Source: Acutalibacteraceae bacterium (GTDB lineage Bacteria; Bacillota; Clostridia; Oscillospirales; Acutalibacteraceae). Taken from it: 46,880 nucleotides of DNA. Positions 7,907 through 16,173 of the stretch are shown here, in pieces. Position 1 is the stretch's first letter. Every line of letters begins with the position of its first letter. The notes under the pieces are model-generated. The model was not told where the DNA came from. It was given only the letters and a program-made list of their open reading frames with translations, and did no database searches. The DNA lies in NCBI GenBank assembly GCA_045654865.1, contig JAZOOE010000011.1, forward strand, positions 1 to 46,880, written 5' to 3'. The translations under genes were made by a program, and so were the position numbers.

Positions 7907-7971
7907 TTTTTCAGCAAAAAAAATACCGTTCATTACAATAAATATTGTATTATTGTGATTAAGTCTCTATA
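7899..7971 (+). promoter_or_regulatory. Putative LytTR-dependent promoter of LRR protein 1
   Basis: There is a perfect 12-bp inverted repeat, GAACGGTATTTT (7899-7910) / AAAATACCGTTC (7920-7931). The proximal site TACCGTTCATTACA is followed by TATTG and then TATAAT (7966-7971). Confidence 0.6.
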
Positions 7972-8001
7972 ATGAAAGAAAAAAACAAGGAGATAAATGC
8001 T

Positions 8002-11000
8002 ATGAAGAAGCTGTTATTTCTGGCAAGTGTAATTCTTGCTCTGGCTTTTGTTTTTTCTTTTGCCGCGGGTGATGAAAGCTCGGGGCTGTCCCCTGCCGTT
8101 ACGGTATATGCCGCCACTGCCGAGGGAACCTACGGCAATAATATATTCTGGACTATTGACGGTGATACACTTACTATCAGCGGTGAAGGTGCCATGGTTG
8201 ATTATGACCGTGCAAACGATATTCCGTGGTATAAATACAGAGCTGACATTGTTACTGTTAACATTGGGGAAGGTATAACGTCACTCGGATACTATGCTTT
8301 CGGTGAACTTTCTTCTTTAAAGGAAGTCAATATACCGGACAGTGTTACCTCTCTGGGTAAAAGTTTATTTATTGCTTGTGTTTCTCTTGAAAGTATAGAG
8401 CTTCCGTCAGGTATAGAGGAGATTCCCCAGAGTTGCTTTATGGGGTGTTCTTCATTGAAGGAGATAGTTTTTCCTGAAAATCTCAGAGTAATAGGGGTAT
8501 CAGCATTTCATTCCTGTGCTGCTTTGACTGAAATAATTTTTCCCGAAACGCTTGAAGAAATATCTGCGGGTGCATTCGCACAATGTGGTTCACTTGTCAG
8601 AGTTCATATATTTTCTGAAATTGTTTTCTCAGGTAATCCGTTCAGAGACTGTGACAATCTTATAGAATTTAAGGTTAATGAAGAAAACGAACGCTATAAG
8701 GCAATAGATGGCATACTCTACAATAAGGACGGAACTCATATTTATATTTATCCTGTGGGTAGACCTGATAAAACCTTTATTGTTTCCGAAAATATAAAAT
8801 CTATCGGTGTAGGAGTTTTTGAAGGATCAAATTATCTTGAAAGTGTCTATATTTACGCTGACATAATATCTGTTCCATACTATGCTTTTTCAAAGATGGA
8901 ATCTCTTAAATACATTTATCTGCCGCAGAGTATAAGATATATTTATACTTGTGCATTTTCAGAGTGTCCGTCTCTTCGGAGCATCAATATACCTTACGGA
9001 GTTGAAACATTAGATAATCAGGTTTTTTACAAATCAAAGTCTCTTACGAAAATTGTTTTGCCCGCAAGCGTAGTCTCTGTTGATGAAAGTTCATTTGCAT
9101 ATTGTGATGCATTGGAGCAGATTACTGTAATGAATCCAGATTGTGTTATAAAATCTGCATATAACGGTGTATCTGAAAATACGGTAATCAAGGGATATAA
9201 GGGTTCAACAGCGGAGACCTATGCATTGGAAAAGGGCTGTGAATTTGTGGAAATTACGGCATCGGACAGCTTTGATAATAATCTTTTATGGGTGCTTTAT
9301 GAGGACGGTTCTCTTGAAATTTCAGGTGACGGCGAAATGACGGAGTTTGCAAGTGCTTCTGCTGTTCCCTGGTATAAAAATGCAGGAGAAATCAGACAGC
9401 TTCATATAGAAGAGGGTGTAAAAAGTATATCGGCTTTTGCTTTCTATCAATGCAGTGCGCTGAAATCAGTAACGCTTTCCTCTACAATAAAAGAAATCGG
9501 TAATTTTGCTTTCTTTGATTGCATTACACTTGATGCTGTCAATATCGGTGCGTGTGCAGGGCTTGAGATAATCGGGAACAATGCCTTTGGCGGCTGCTCG
9601 TCGCTTTCATCTGTTGATATTCCCGCCGGTGTAAGAGAAATGGGAGAAAACGTATTTCTTCGCTGTACGTCTCTAATGGCTATAAACGTTCATGAAGAAA
9701 ACAACAGCTATTTCTCAGAATCGGGAGTGCTCTTCGGCTCTTACGGGGAAGACGTAGTCCTTATTTGCTATCCTCCTATGAAGGCCGATAAGATTTATAT
9801 TGTTGCAGATAACGTAACGGAAATCGCAGGCAGCGCTTTTGCATACTGCGACCTTATTGAAGAGGTTGAATTTTCACACAGCAGTCAGCTCAGAAGAATC
9901 GGTCAGGCGGCATTCTATGAATGCTCTGCCCTTAAATCCTTTACTGTTCCTCCTATGGTTGAGGAAATAGACGGCAATATTTTTGTTATGTGCTTCAGCC
10001 TTGAGGAAATATACACGGATTTATTCAATGAGCATTTCTTTGCCCGTGACGGCGTTCTTATGGATTGGGATGAAACCACGATCCTCATTTATCCTGCAGG
10101 CTCAAAAAGAACTGAATATATAATCCCCGAAACAATTACCACTATAGCAAAAGAGGCTTTCTGTCATTGTCCCTCTCTTGAAAAGGTGCTGTACCCCCAA
10201 GGAAGTGAGCTTTCCGTAATCAACGAATCTGCTTTTTACAGCTGTGAAAAGCTTTCCTATATAGCTCTTCCCGATTCACTTGAGGAAATCGGCGATTATG
10301 CATTTATGGATTGCACGTCTCTTGGTTTTGTTCATATTCCCGAAAACGTATCCCATATAGGCAGCTTTGCCTTTGGCGGCTGTGCTTCTCTTGAGAAGCT
10401 TGTTTTCTTCACCTTGGATTGTGAAGAATATATGATTATTGATTCTCAGATGTCAGTCACATTCTATGTTTATGAAGGCTCTGAAATTGAAGCTGCGCTC
10501 AGCGGTAAGGGTGAGATAAAATACCTTGTTCAGGTTCCCGAGGATGCGGTTTCCTATGCTGACGGTGTGCTCACGGTAAATCATCTTACGGACATTCCCG
10601 AAGCCGATGATGCATTTTGCTATCCCTGGACAAGATACGTTGGTGAAGCGACAGTTTTTGTTCTCAATCCCGAGCTTTCTGTTGCGGGCGGACTTTTCGA
10701 GGGCTTTTCTGAGGTGAAGACAATTATTGTTAATGCCTCTGCGGATTCCGCTCAGGGCACCATATTCGAAAAGAACGCTTTTGTCGGCTTCTCAAGCCTT
10801 GATATGGTCGTTACCTTTGATGATCTTTCCGTTCGTGACGGCGCTTTTGACGGCAGAGAAGAATTTATAAAATTCTTTGCAGAGGAAAGCATTGTTGTCG
10901 GCGGTGCAGAAAACGTAACCGTATTTTCATTCTCAGAGGGAACAGTCAGCTTTAAAGGAGATGGACTTTCTCTTACTGATTATCAGTTCCTTGATCTTGT

Positions 11001-11376
11001 GAGTGCTGTATGCTACGGCTATGGCGAAGAAACAGTGTTCTATATCGAGTTTTCTGCACTTGAAACAGTAGATTTCGCCTTTGATGCATCCTTTGACAGC
11101 GAAGCGGATGAAATAAGAGTCAGCTATGAGGAAATAAGAATAGTACCTCTTATCTCCTATGACGGCGAAAACTATGAGCCAATATCCTTTAATGATTTCT
11201 GTGTAAATGCGGCATACCGTGAATGGGTGGTTCTGATGCTCTCTCTCGTTGAGGCGGATGAGGAAGAGCCACAGCCTGACAATGACAGTATTCAGGTTAT
11301 CTTTGAAGAGGCAATAGGCTATATTCTTCACGCTATTATCACATTCTTCAATAAGATTCTGAATCTTTTTAAATAA
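8002..11376 (+). CDS. Very large secreted BspA-type leucine-rich-repeat (LRR_5-like) surface protein
   Basis: It has the signal peptide MKKLLFLASVILALAFVFSFAAG. The RBS AAGGAGAtaaatgctATG favours a start at 8002 over the track start at 7972. It contains dozens of ~23-aa repeats of the form I-x-IP-x-SV-x-x-IG-x-x-AF-x-x-C-x-x-L. The C-terminal end is acidic and finishes with the helix GYILHAIITFFNKILNLFK*. Confidence 0.85.
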   Translation: MKKLLFLASVILALAFVFSFAAGDESSGLSPAVTVYAATAEGTYGNNIFWTIDGDTLTISGEGAMVDYDRANDIPWYKYRADIVTVNIGEGITSLGYYAFGELSSLKEVNIPDSVTSLGKSLFIACVSLESIELPSGIEEIPQSCFMGCSSLKEIVFPENLRVIGVSAFHSCAALTEIIFPETLEEISAGAFAQCGSLVRVHIFSEIVFSGNPFRDCDNLIEFKVNEENERYKAIDGILYNKDGTHIYIYPVGRPDKTFIVSENIKSIGVGVFEGSNYLESVYIYADIISVPYYAFSKMESLKYIYLPQSIRYIYTCAFSECPSLRSINIPYGVETLDNQVFYKSKSLTKIVLPASVVSVDESSFAYCDALEQITVMNPDCVIKSAYNGVSENTVIKGYKGSTAETYALEKGCEFVEITASDSFDNNLLWVLYEDGSLEISGDGEMTEFASASAVPWYKNAGEIRQLHIEEGVKSISAFAFYQCSALKSVTLSSTIKEIGNFAFFDCITLDAVNIGACAGLEIIGNNAFGGCSSLSSVDIPAGVREMGENVFLRCTSLMAINVHEENNSYFSESGVLFGSYGEDVVLICYPPMKADKIYIVADNVTEIAGSAFAYCDLIEEVEFSHSSQLRRIGQAAFYECSALKSFTVPPMVEEIDGNIFVMCFSLEEIYTDLFNEHFFARDGVLMDWDETTILIYPAGSKRTEYIIPETITTIAKEAFCHCPSLEKVLYPQGSELSVINESAFYSCEKLSYIALPDSLEEIGDYAFMDCTSLGFVHIPENVSHIGSFAFGGCASLEKLVFFTLDCEEYMIIDSQMSVTFYVYEGSEIEAALSGKGEIKYLVQVPEDAVSYADGVLTVNHLTDIPEADDAFCYPWTRYVGEATVFVLNPELSVAGGLFEGFSEVKTIIVNASADSAQGTIFEKNAFVGFSSLDMVVTFDDLSVRDGAFDGREEFIKFFAEESIVVGGAENVTVFSFSEGTVSFKGDGLSLTDYQFLDLVSAVCYGYGEETVFYIEFSALETVDFAFDASFDSEADEIRVSYEEIRIVPLISYDGENYEPISFNDFCVNAAYREWVVLMLSLVEADEEEPQPDNDSIQVIFEEAIGYILHAIITFFNKILNLFK

Positions 11377-11404
11377 TCATTAATATAATAATACCTTAAT
11401 CACA

Positions 11405-11447
11405 GCAGGCATAAGGCGGTGTAATACCGTTTTGTGCCTGCTTTTTT
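11405..11447 (+). terminator. Intrinsic terminator of LRR protein 1
   Basis: The stem is gcaggcataa (11405-11414) / ttgtgcctgc (11432-11441) with one G-U pair. It is followed by tttttt (11442-11447). Confidence 0.8.
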
Positions 11448-11583
11448 GCTTTATGGGAAAATTCCTCCTGCAAGAAAAAAAGATTATATGTCCTTGTAAC
11501 GGAAGAAGGGCTTTCCCTCGGAGACGTCTATCCGAAAAACGGTCGACTGATGCGTACGGCTAAGCTGTTTTTTGTCGCTTATT

Positions 11584-11652
11584 TACCGTTCGCCCGAGAA
11601 TCCGACCGTTCATTACAAGTGCTATTGTTTTTTGTTTTTTTGGGCTTTATAA
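11584..11652 (+). promoter_or_regulatory. Putative LytTR-dependent promoter of LRR protein 2
   Basis: The direct repeats TACCGTTCG (11584-11592) and GACCGTTCA (11604-11612) start 20 bp apart. They are followed by TTACA, TATTG (11623-11627) and TATAAT (11647-11652). Confidence 0.65.
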
Positions 11653-11729
11653 TCTGAACAACCCCGATGATGACGGGAAAGAATGAACGGTTCAGAGCCG
11701 TTCTCACAAAACCATATTTTTGAAAGGAA

Positions 11730-14069
11730 ATGAAAAAAATGAAAAAAACAGCTTTGACACTCCTTGCAGCTGCTTTTGTTTTCTCTCTCTCATTTGCCCT
11801 TGCGGCTGACTACAGCGCACTTCTTCCCGAAGCCGCCGCAGCAGAGATTCTTGAAAGCGTAACCGTGGGTGATAATATTACCGCAACGCTTTATTCCGAT
11901 TACACTCTTGTTATTGACGGTGAGGGTGAAATGACCGTTCCGTTAGATTCTGCTGATGTAAGATATATTCACAAGATTGTTATCTCTTCCGGAATAACTG
12001 CAATTTGTGAATCTGCATTCAGCGATTTCAGTTATGTAGAGGAGGTCGTTTTTGAGGAAAACAGCCGTCTTGAAAAAATCGGTATTCATGCATTCAGTAG
12101 CTGTTATAGTCTTAATGAGATAAAAATTCCTGCATCGGTTACTCTTATTGACGAGTATGCATTTGCATATTGCTATAATCTCAATACAATAGTTTTTGAA
12201 GAAAACAGCCGTCTCAGAAATATAGGGGATCAGGCTTTTGTCAATATCGGAATAACAGAGCTTTCAATTCCCTCTTCTGTTGAAGAAATCTCCGGTGGTG
12301 CATTTTCAAGCAACAAAAATCTGAAAAGCGTAACCTTTGGTGCTGATTCAAAACTGAAGAGCTTAGGTGAAACAACCGAAAATCTGCCCTACTTATATTA
12401 TAATGGTGTTTTTGCCTATTGTGAGAAGCTTGAGGAAATAAAAATACCTGCAAGTGTAACAGTTATAGGCAATAAAGCATTTTATTACTGTACTAAGCTT
12501 AATAAAGTAGAAATTGAAGCAGGCAGCAAGCTTACGCGAATTGATGAATATGCATTTGCTAACTGCTATGCTATTGCTGAAATCAATTTCCCCGAAGGAC
12601 TTGTGGAAATAGGCAAAGCAGCATTCAGTAATAACTGCTTAACAAAAATAGCAATCCCTGCAAGCGTTGAAGAAATCGGGGAGAATGCATTTGAAGATTG
12701 TAACTATGTATCAGAGATCAGCTTTGCTTCCGGAAGTAAATTAAAGAGCATCGGTGATAGTGCATTCTCCGGTTGTAATGTATTAGAGAAGCTTCAGCTT
12801 CCCACAGGTCTTAAGACGATAGGTGAAAATGCTTTTGATGGATGCTATAAGCTTGACAGTGTAATTCTTCCTGATGGAATTGAGTTTGTCGGTGAGGCGG
12901 CATTTGTAGGTACAGCGGCTTCCGAAATCAGAATTCCTGCCTCTGTAACCTATTTCGGTGCCGGAAGCTACGGAAAGAATCTGGAGAGATACATTGTAGA
13001 AGACGGTAATGAGGTTTATGCTTCTGATTCAAACGGCGCTCTGTTTTCCAAGGATATGACAACGTTATATGTTTATCCCACAGCTTCACCTGCTAAGGAG
13101 TATACAATTCCTCAGGGTGTGCAGACTATTGCAGATTCAGCGTTTCTTTTTAACCTTAATCTTGAAAGTATTAAAATGCCTGATACTGTGAAAGAAATAG
13201 GGGATTTATCCTTAGCAATAATGTTAAGTCTTAAAGAAATACGTTTGTCATCAAAGCTTGAATCTGTAGGAGAAGAGGCTTTCTTAGGATGCTTTTATCT
13301 TGAAGAGCTTGTAATTCCTGCAAGCGTAAGATATATCGGCGCAGATGCTTTCAGTCTTTTGACTTCTGTAAAGAGAATAGAGATACACTCAAGAACTGTT
13401 GATTGTGATGACACGTTCCTCGGATTTTCTGCATTCCTTACAGATGATGTCGCAGAAAATCAGTTCAGAATAGATGTTATGGCAGATTATTATGAGTTCA
13501 TAATGTTCTATGATATATATGCTCCCGAAAATGAGAACAGACTTTATGAAATAAGTGAAAAGCTGGACGGCTTTGTCAATGAAGAAAATATCAGAACCGA
13601 TATTTATACGGTATATTGCTATGAGGGAGCGGTTGTAGAAGCGTATCTCAAGGAAAACAATGTAAAATATGCTTATCTTTGTGCTCATACTGAAATGGAG
13701 GTTATTCCTGCTGTTACTCCCGGTTGTTCCACGGACGGACTTACAGCCGGCATAAAGTGTGCTCTTTGCGGTGAAATTCTCACAGCACAGCAGATCGATC
13801 CTATGATAGGCCATGCTCCCGAAGTTCAGGGCGAAAAGGCTCCCGAAATCGGTGTTCCCGGATACACGGGTGATATGGTCTGCACCGTTTGCGGCGAGAC
13901 TGTTGAATACGGCGAGGAGATACCCGCTCTTGAGGACAATACTCAGCCCGAATGTGACCATATCTGCCACAAGGATGGTGTGCTGGGTATTCTCTGGAAG
14001 ATAATCGGCTTCTTTGCAAAGCTCTTCAAGACAAATCCCGTTTGTGAATGCGGAGCTGCTCACTATTAA
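11730..14069 (+). CDS. Secreted BspA-type LRR surface protein with C-terminal Cys-rich modules and a CxCGxAHY tail
   Basis: It has the signal peptide MKKTALTLLAAAFVFSLSFALA; the ATG at 11739 is perhaps the true start given the AAAGGA spacing. LRR_5-like repeats run throughout. The C-terminus carries two CxxCG modules and then ECDHICHKDGVLGILWKIIGFFAKLFKTNPVCECGAAHY*. Confidence 0.85.
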   Translation: MKKMKKTALTLLAAAFVFSLSFALAADYSALLPEAAAAEILESVTVGDNITATLYSDYTLVIDGEGEMTVPLDSADVRYIHKIVISSGITAICESAFSDFSYVEEVVFEENSRLEKIGIHAFSSCYSLNEIKIPASVTLIDEYAFAYCYNLNTIVFEENSRLRNIGDQAFVNIGITELSIPSSVEEISGGAFSSNKNLKSVTFGADSKLKSLGETTENLPYLYYNGVFAYCEKLEEIKIPASVTVIGNKAFYYCTKLNKVEIEAGSKLTRIDEYAFANCYAIAEINFPEGLVEIGKAAFSNNCLTKIAIPASVEEIGENAFEDCNYVSEISFASGSKLKSIGDSAFSGCNVLEKLQLPTGLKTIGENAFDGCYKLDSVILPDGIEFVGEAAFVGTAASEIRIPASVTYFGAGSYGKNLERYIVEDGNEVYASDSNGALFSKDMTTLYVYPTASPAKEYTIPQGVQTIADSAFLFNLNLESIKMPDTVKEIGDLSLAIMLSLKEIRLSSKLESVGEEAFLGCFYLEELVIPASVRYIGADAFSLLTSVKRIEIHSRTVDCDDTFLGFSAFLTDDVAENQFRIDVMADYYEFIMFYDIYAPENENRLYEISEKLDGFVNEENIRTDIYTVYCYEGAVVEAYLKENNVKYAYLCAHTEMEVIPAVTPGCSTDGLTAGIKCALCGEILTAQQIDPMIGHAPEVQGEKAPEIGVPGYTGDMVCTVCGETVEYGEEIPALEDNTQPECDHICHKDGVLGILWKIIGFFAKLFKTNPVCECGAAHY

Positions 14070-14095
14070 TTAAATAAACAGCTTCTGATAAAAAA

Positions 14096-14135
14096 GGACA
14101 GAGAACGTAAAAATTCTCTGTCCTTTTGTTTTTTT
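14096..14135. terminator. Bidirectional intrinsic terminator between convergent genes
   Basis: The stem is ggacagagaa (14096-14105) / ttctctgtcc (14114-14123). An A-run lies upstream and ttttgttttttt lies downstream. Confidence 0.85.
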
Positions 14136-14991
14136 ATCTGCATTTAAGCGTGATGCTTATGATTTCGGGGCGGTTGTTGATTCTGAAAGGAAAGGAGCTG
14201 TTGCCGATTCCTCTGCTGATTATCATTTTCGTTCCGTTTTTTTCGTGCATTCCGCTTTCATATTCGGGAAAGAAGCCCTCACCCGGTGAAAAGAGTCCTC
14301 CGATAACGGGCAGACGAATCTGTCCTCCGTGGGCGTGTCCCGTCAGCACGAGATCTGCCGAAAAATCGCAGTAAGAATCAAAAAGCTCGGGACGGTGGGA
14401 CAGCAGTATTGTAAAGCTGTCCTCGTTTTTTATAAGACCGCTTAATGCCTTGGTGATTTTTTCTTTGCTTGAGCTGCCCTTGATATTGTTTATGTCATCT
14501 GTTCCGCAAAGAGTCAGAGTATCGCTCAGCTGTACGCTTCGTCCGTGAAGAATATTGACTCCTGCCTCGGTCAGCTTTCTTTCAAGCTCACGAAAGCTTG
14601 TTATTGCCGTCTCGTGGTTGCCCATAACGAAGTAAACGGGGGCAATTCCCATAAGCTCCTTTGCAATGGCTGCGGCGGTATCAATGTCCGTTCTTCTTTT
14701 GTCAATAAGATCTCCCGTTATAACGATAACGTCAGGCTGTATTTTGCGTACGTTTTCAAAAATTTTATTTTTGAGCAGATGAGAATGAGTGTTGTGAATA
14801 TCCGAAAGATGCACGATTTTATAGCCGTCATCCGTCTGCGACAGACGGGGGCTTTCGCACACAAGCTGAGTGACAACGGGGACGTTGTTTTCAAAAAACA
14901 GATATGAAGCAGTTGCCGAAAGGGCTATAAGAGGAAAAATTATCATAAATGCCTTTTTGTAATTCCTGATTATAAAAACACGGAAAATCAA
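14134..14991 (-). CDS. Membrane-anchored metallophosphoesterase (YaeI-like calcineurin-type phosphoesterase)
   Basis: It carries the motifs VHLSDIHN, TGDLID, GNHE and GHAHGGQ. The TTG at 14991 overlaps the nadC stop; the alternative start is the ATG at 14946 (MIIFPLIAL...). Confidence 0.85.
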   Translation of the reverse strand: MIFRVFIIRNYKKAFMIIFPLIALSATASYLFFENNVPVVTQLVCESPRLSQTDDGYKIVHLSDIHNTHSHLLKNKIFENVRKIQPDVIVITGDLIDKRRTDIDTAAAIAKELMGIAPVYFVMGNHETAITSFRELERKLTEAGVNILHGRSVQLSDTLTLCGTDDINNIKGSSSKEKITKALSGLIKNEDSFTILLSHRPELFDSYCDFSADLVLTGHAHGGQIRLPVIGGLFSPGEGFFPEYESGMHEKNGTKMIISRGIGNSSFPFRINNRPEIISITLKCR

Positions 14992-15824
14992 TCTATTCGC
15001 ATTGAAATATCAAATGCCTTTACGGAGTGGGTGAGTGCACCCATTGAAATAATATCAATTCCCGATGCGGCCTTTTCTCTGATATTTTCAGCGGTGATAT
15101 TGCCGGATGCCTCGGTAAGTGCCCTGCCGTTTATATATTCTACTGCTTCCTTCATCTGAAGGGCGCTCATATTGTCAAGCATAATAATATCAGCACCCGC
15201 GCTTACTGCTTCCTTTACCTCGTCCATATTTCTTGTCTCTACCTCGATTTTGACGGTATGACCGATTTTTTCACGAAGTCGGCTTACTGTTGCGCTGATT
15301 CCGCCGCCTGCATCAATATGGTTATCCTTGAGCATAGCACAGTCGGAAAGATTAAAGCGGTGATTGCGTCCGCCGCCGCAGACAACTGCATATTTTTGCA
15401 GAGCTCTGAGTCCGGGCAGAGTTTTTCTTGTGTCGGCAATGCTGACTCCCGTTCCCTTTACAAGCTCAACACATTCATTTGTTGCGGTTGCAACGCCCGA
15501 GAGATGCTGTAAAAGATTGAGGGCTGTTCTTTCGCCCTGTAAAAGCATAGAAGCCTTGCCGTTCATAGTGGCAATAACGTCGCCCTCTTCTATTTTGTCG
15601 CCGTCCTTTTTGTAGACGGTGAACTGACAATCCTTATCAAGGAGCTGAAAAACTCTCATTGCAACGTCGATTCCGCAAAGCACACCCGTTGCCTTTGATA
15701 CGAATTTTGCCGTTGTAACGGTGTTTTCGGGGATGACGTATGCAGTTGCGGTATCGAGATAGTTTATATCCTCCTCGAGCGCCTTTTTTATAATATCGTC
15801 AATGTAGAACTGAGGTAATAACAT
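14988..15824 (-). CDS. nadC: Nicotinate-nucleotide diphosphorylase (carboxylating)
   Basis: It carries the motifs LQGERTALNLLQHLSGVAT, DTRKTLPGLR and CGGGRNHRFNLSD. The RBS is AAGGAGAcaaacactaATG. Confidence 0.95.
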   Translation of the reverse strand: MLLPQFYIDDIIKKALEEDINYLDTATAYVIPENTVTTAKFVSKATGVLCGIDVAMRVFQLLDKDCQFTVYKKDGDKIEEGDVIATMNGKASMLLQGERTALNLLQHLSGVATATNECVELVKGTGVSIADTRKTLPGLRALQKYAVVCGGGRNHRFNLSDCAMLKDNHIDAGGGISATVSRLREKIGHTVKIEVETRNMDEVKEAVSAGADIIMLDNMSALQMKEAVEYINGRALTEASGNITAENIREKAASGIDIISMGALTHSVKAFDISMRID

Positions 15825-15880
15825 AGTGTTTGTCTCCTTGGATTATCCGAAAACCGCACGTCCGATACCGAGAAAAAATA

Positions 15881-16150
15881 AATTCGGAATTAGGAATTCG
15901 GAGTATTGAAATTTAAGTTTTGGGGATTAAAAAGGGAATTATCGCAAGAAACGGGATTCGGGAAAAATGACAGCGTAAGTCATTTGTTTTGTATCGTCCT
16001 GTTATAAAAATTTTACCAACGAAAAAATTCGGGAATCGAGGAAAATAGAGACAGAAAGAAAAAGCTTAAGCTTCAGCATCTCCGAATTCCGAGTTCTGAA
16101 TTTGCATTTGTCATAAAACTACGTTTTCTCCGAATTCCGAGTTCCGAATT
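15881..16150. repeat. MITE-like 270-bp element with 23-bp terminal inverted repeats built from tandem heptamers, lying in the nadB-nadC spacer
   Basis: The left end is aattcggaattaggaattcggag (15881-15903) and the right end is ctccgaattccgagttccgaatt (16128-16150). The right end's reverse complement matches the left end at 20 of 23 positions. An extra direct copy lies at 16080-16102. Confidence 0.6.
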
Positions 16151-16173
16151 TTCAGCGGTCAAAGAACGCTGAA

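Noticed and set aside
13389-14063. Long ORFs antisense to, or out of frame with, well-supported genes. Examples are 13389-14063(-), 10933-11331(-), 37986-38576(-), 42426-43181(-), 32672-33238(+), 34681-35295(+), 24147-24623(-) and 27561-28001(-).
   Set aside because: Each lies entirely within a longer ORF that has clear family motifs, an RBS and sensible boundaries. Their translations are low-complexity or Cys/Arg/Ser-rich, as is typical of shadow frames.
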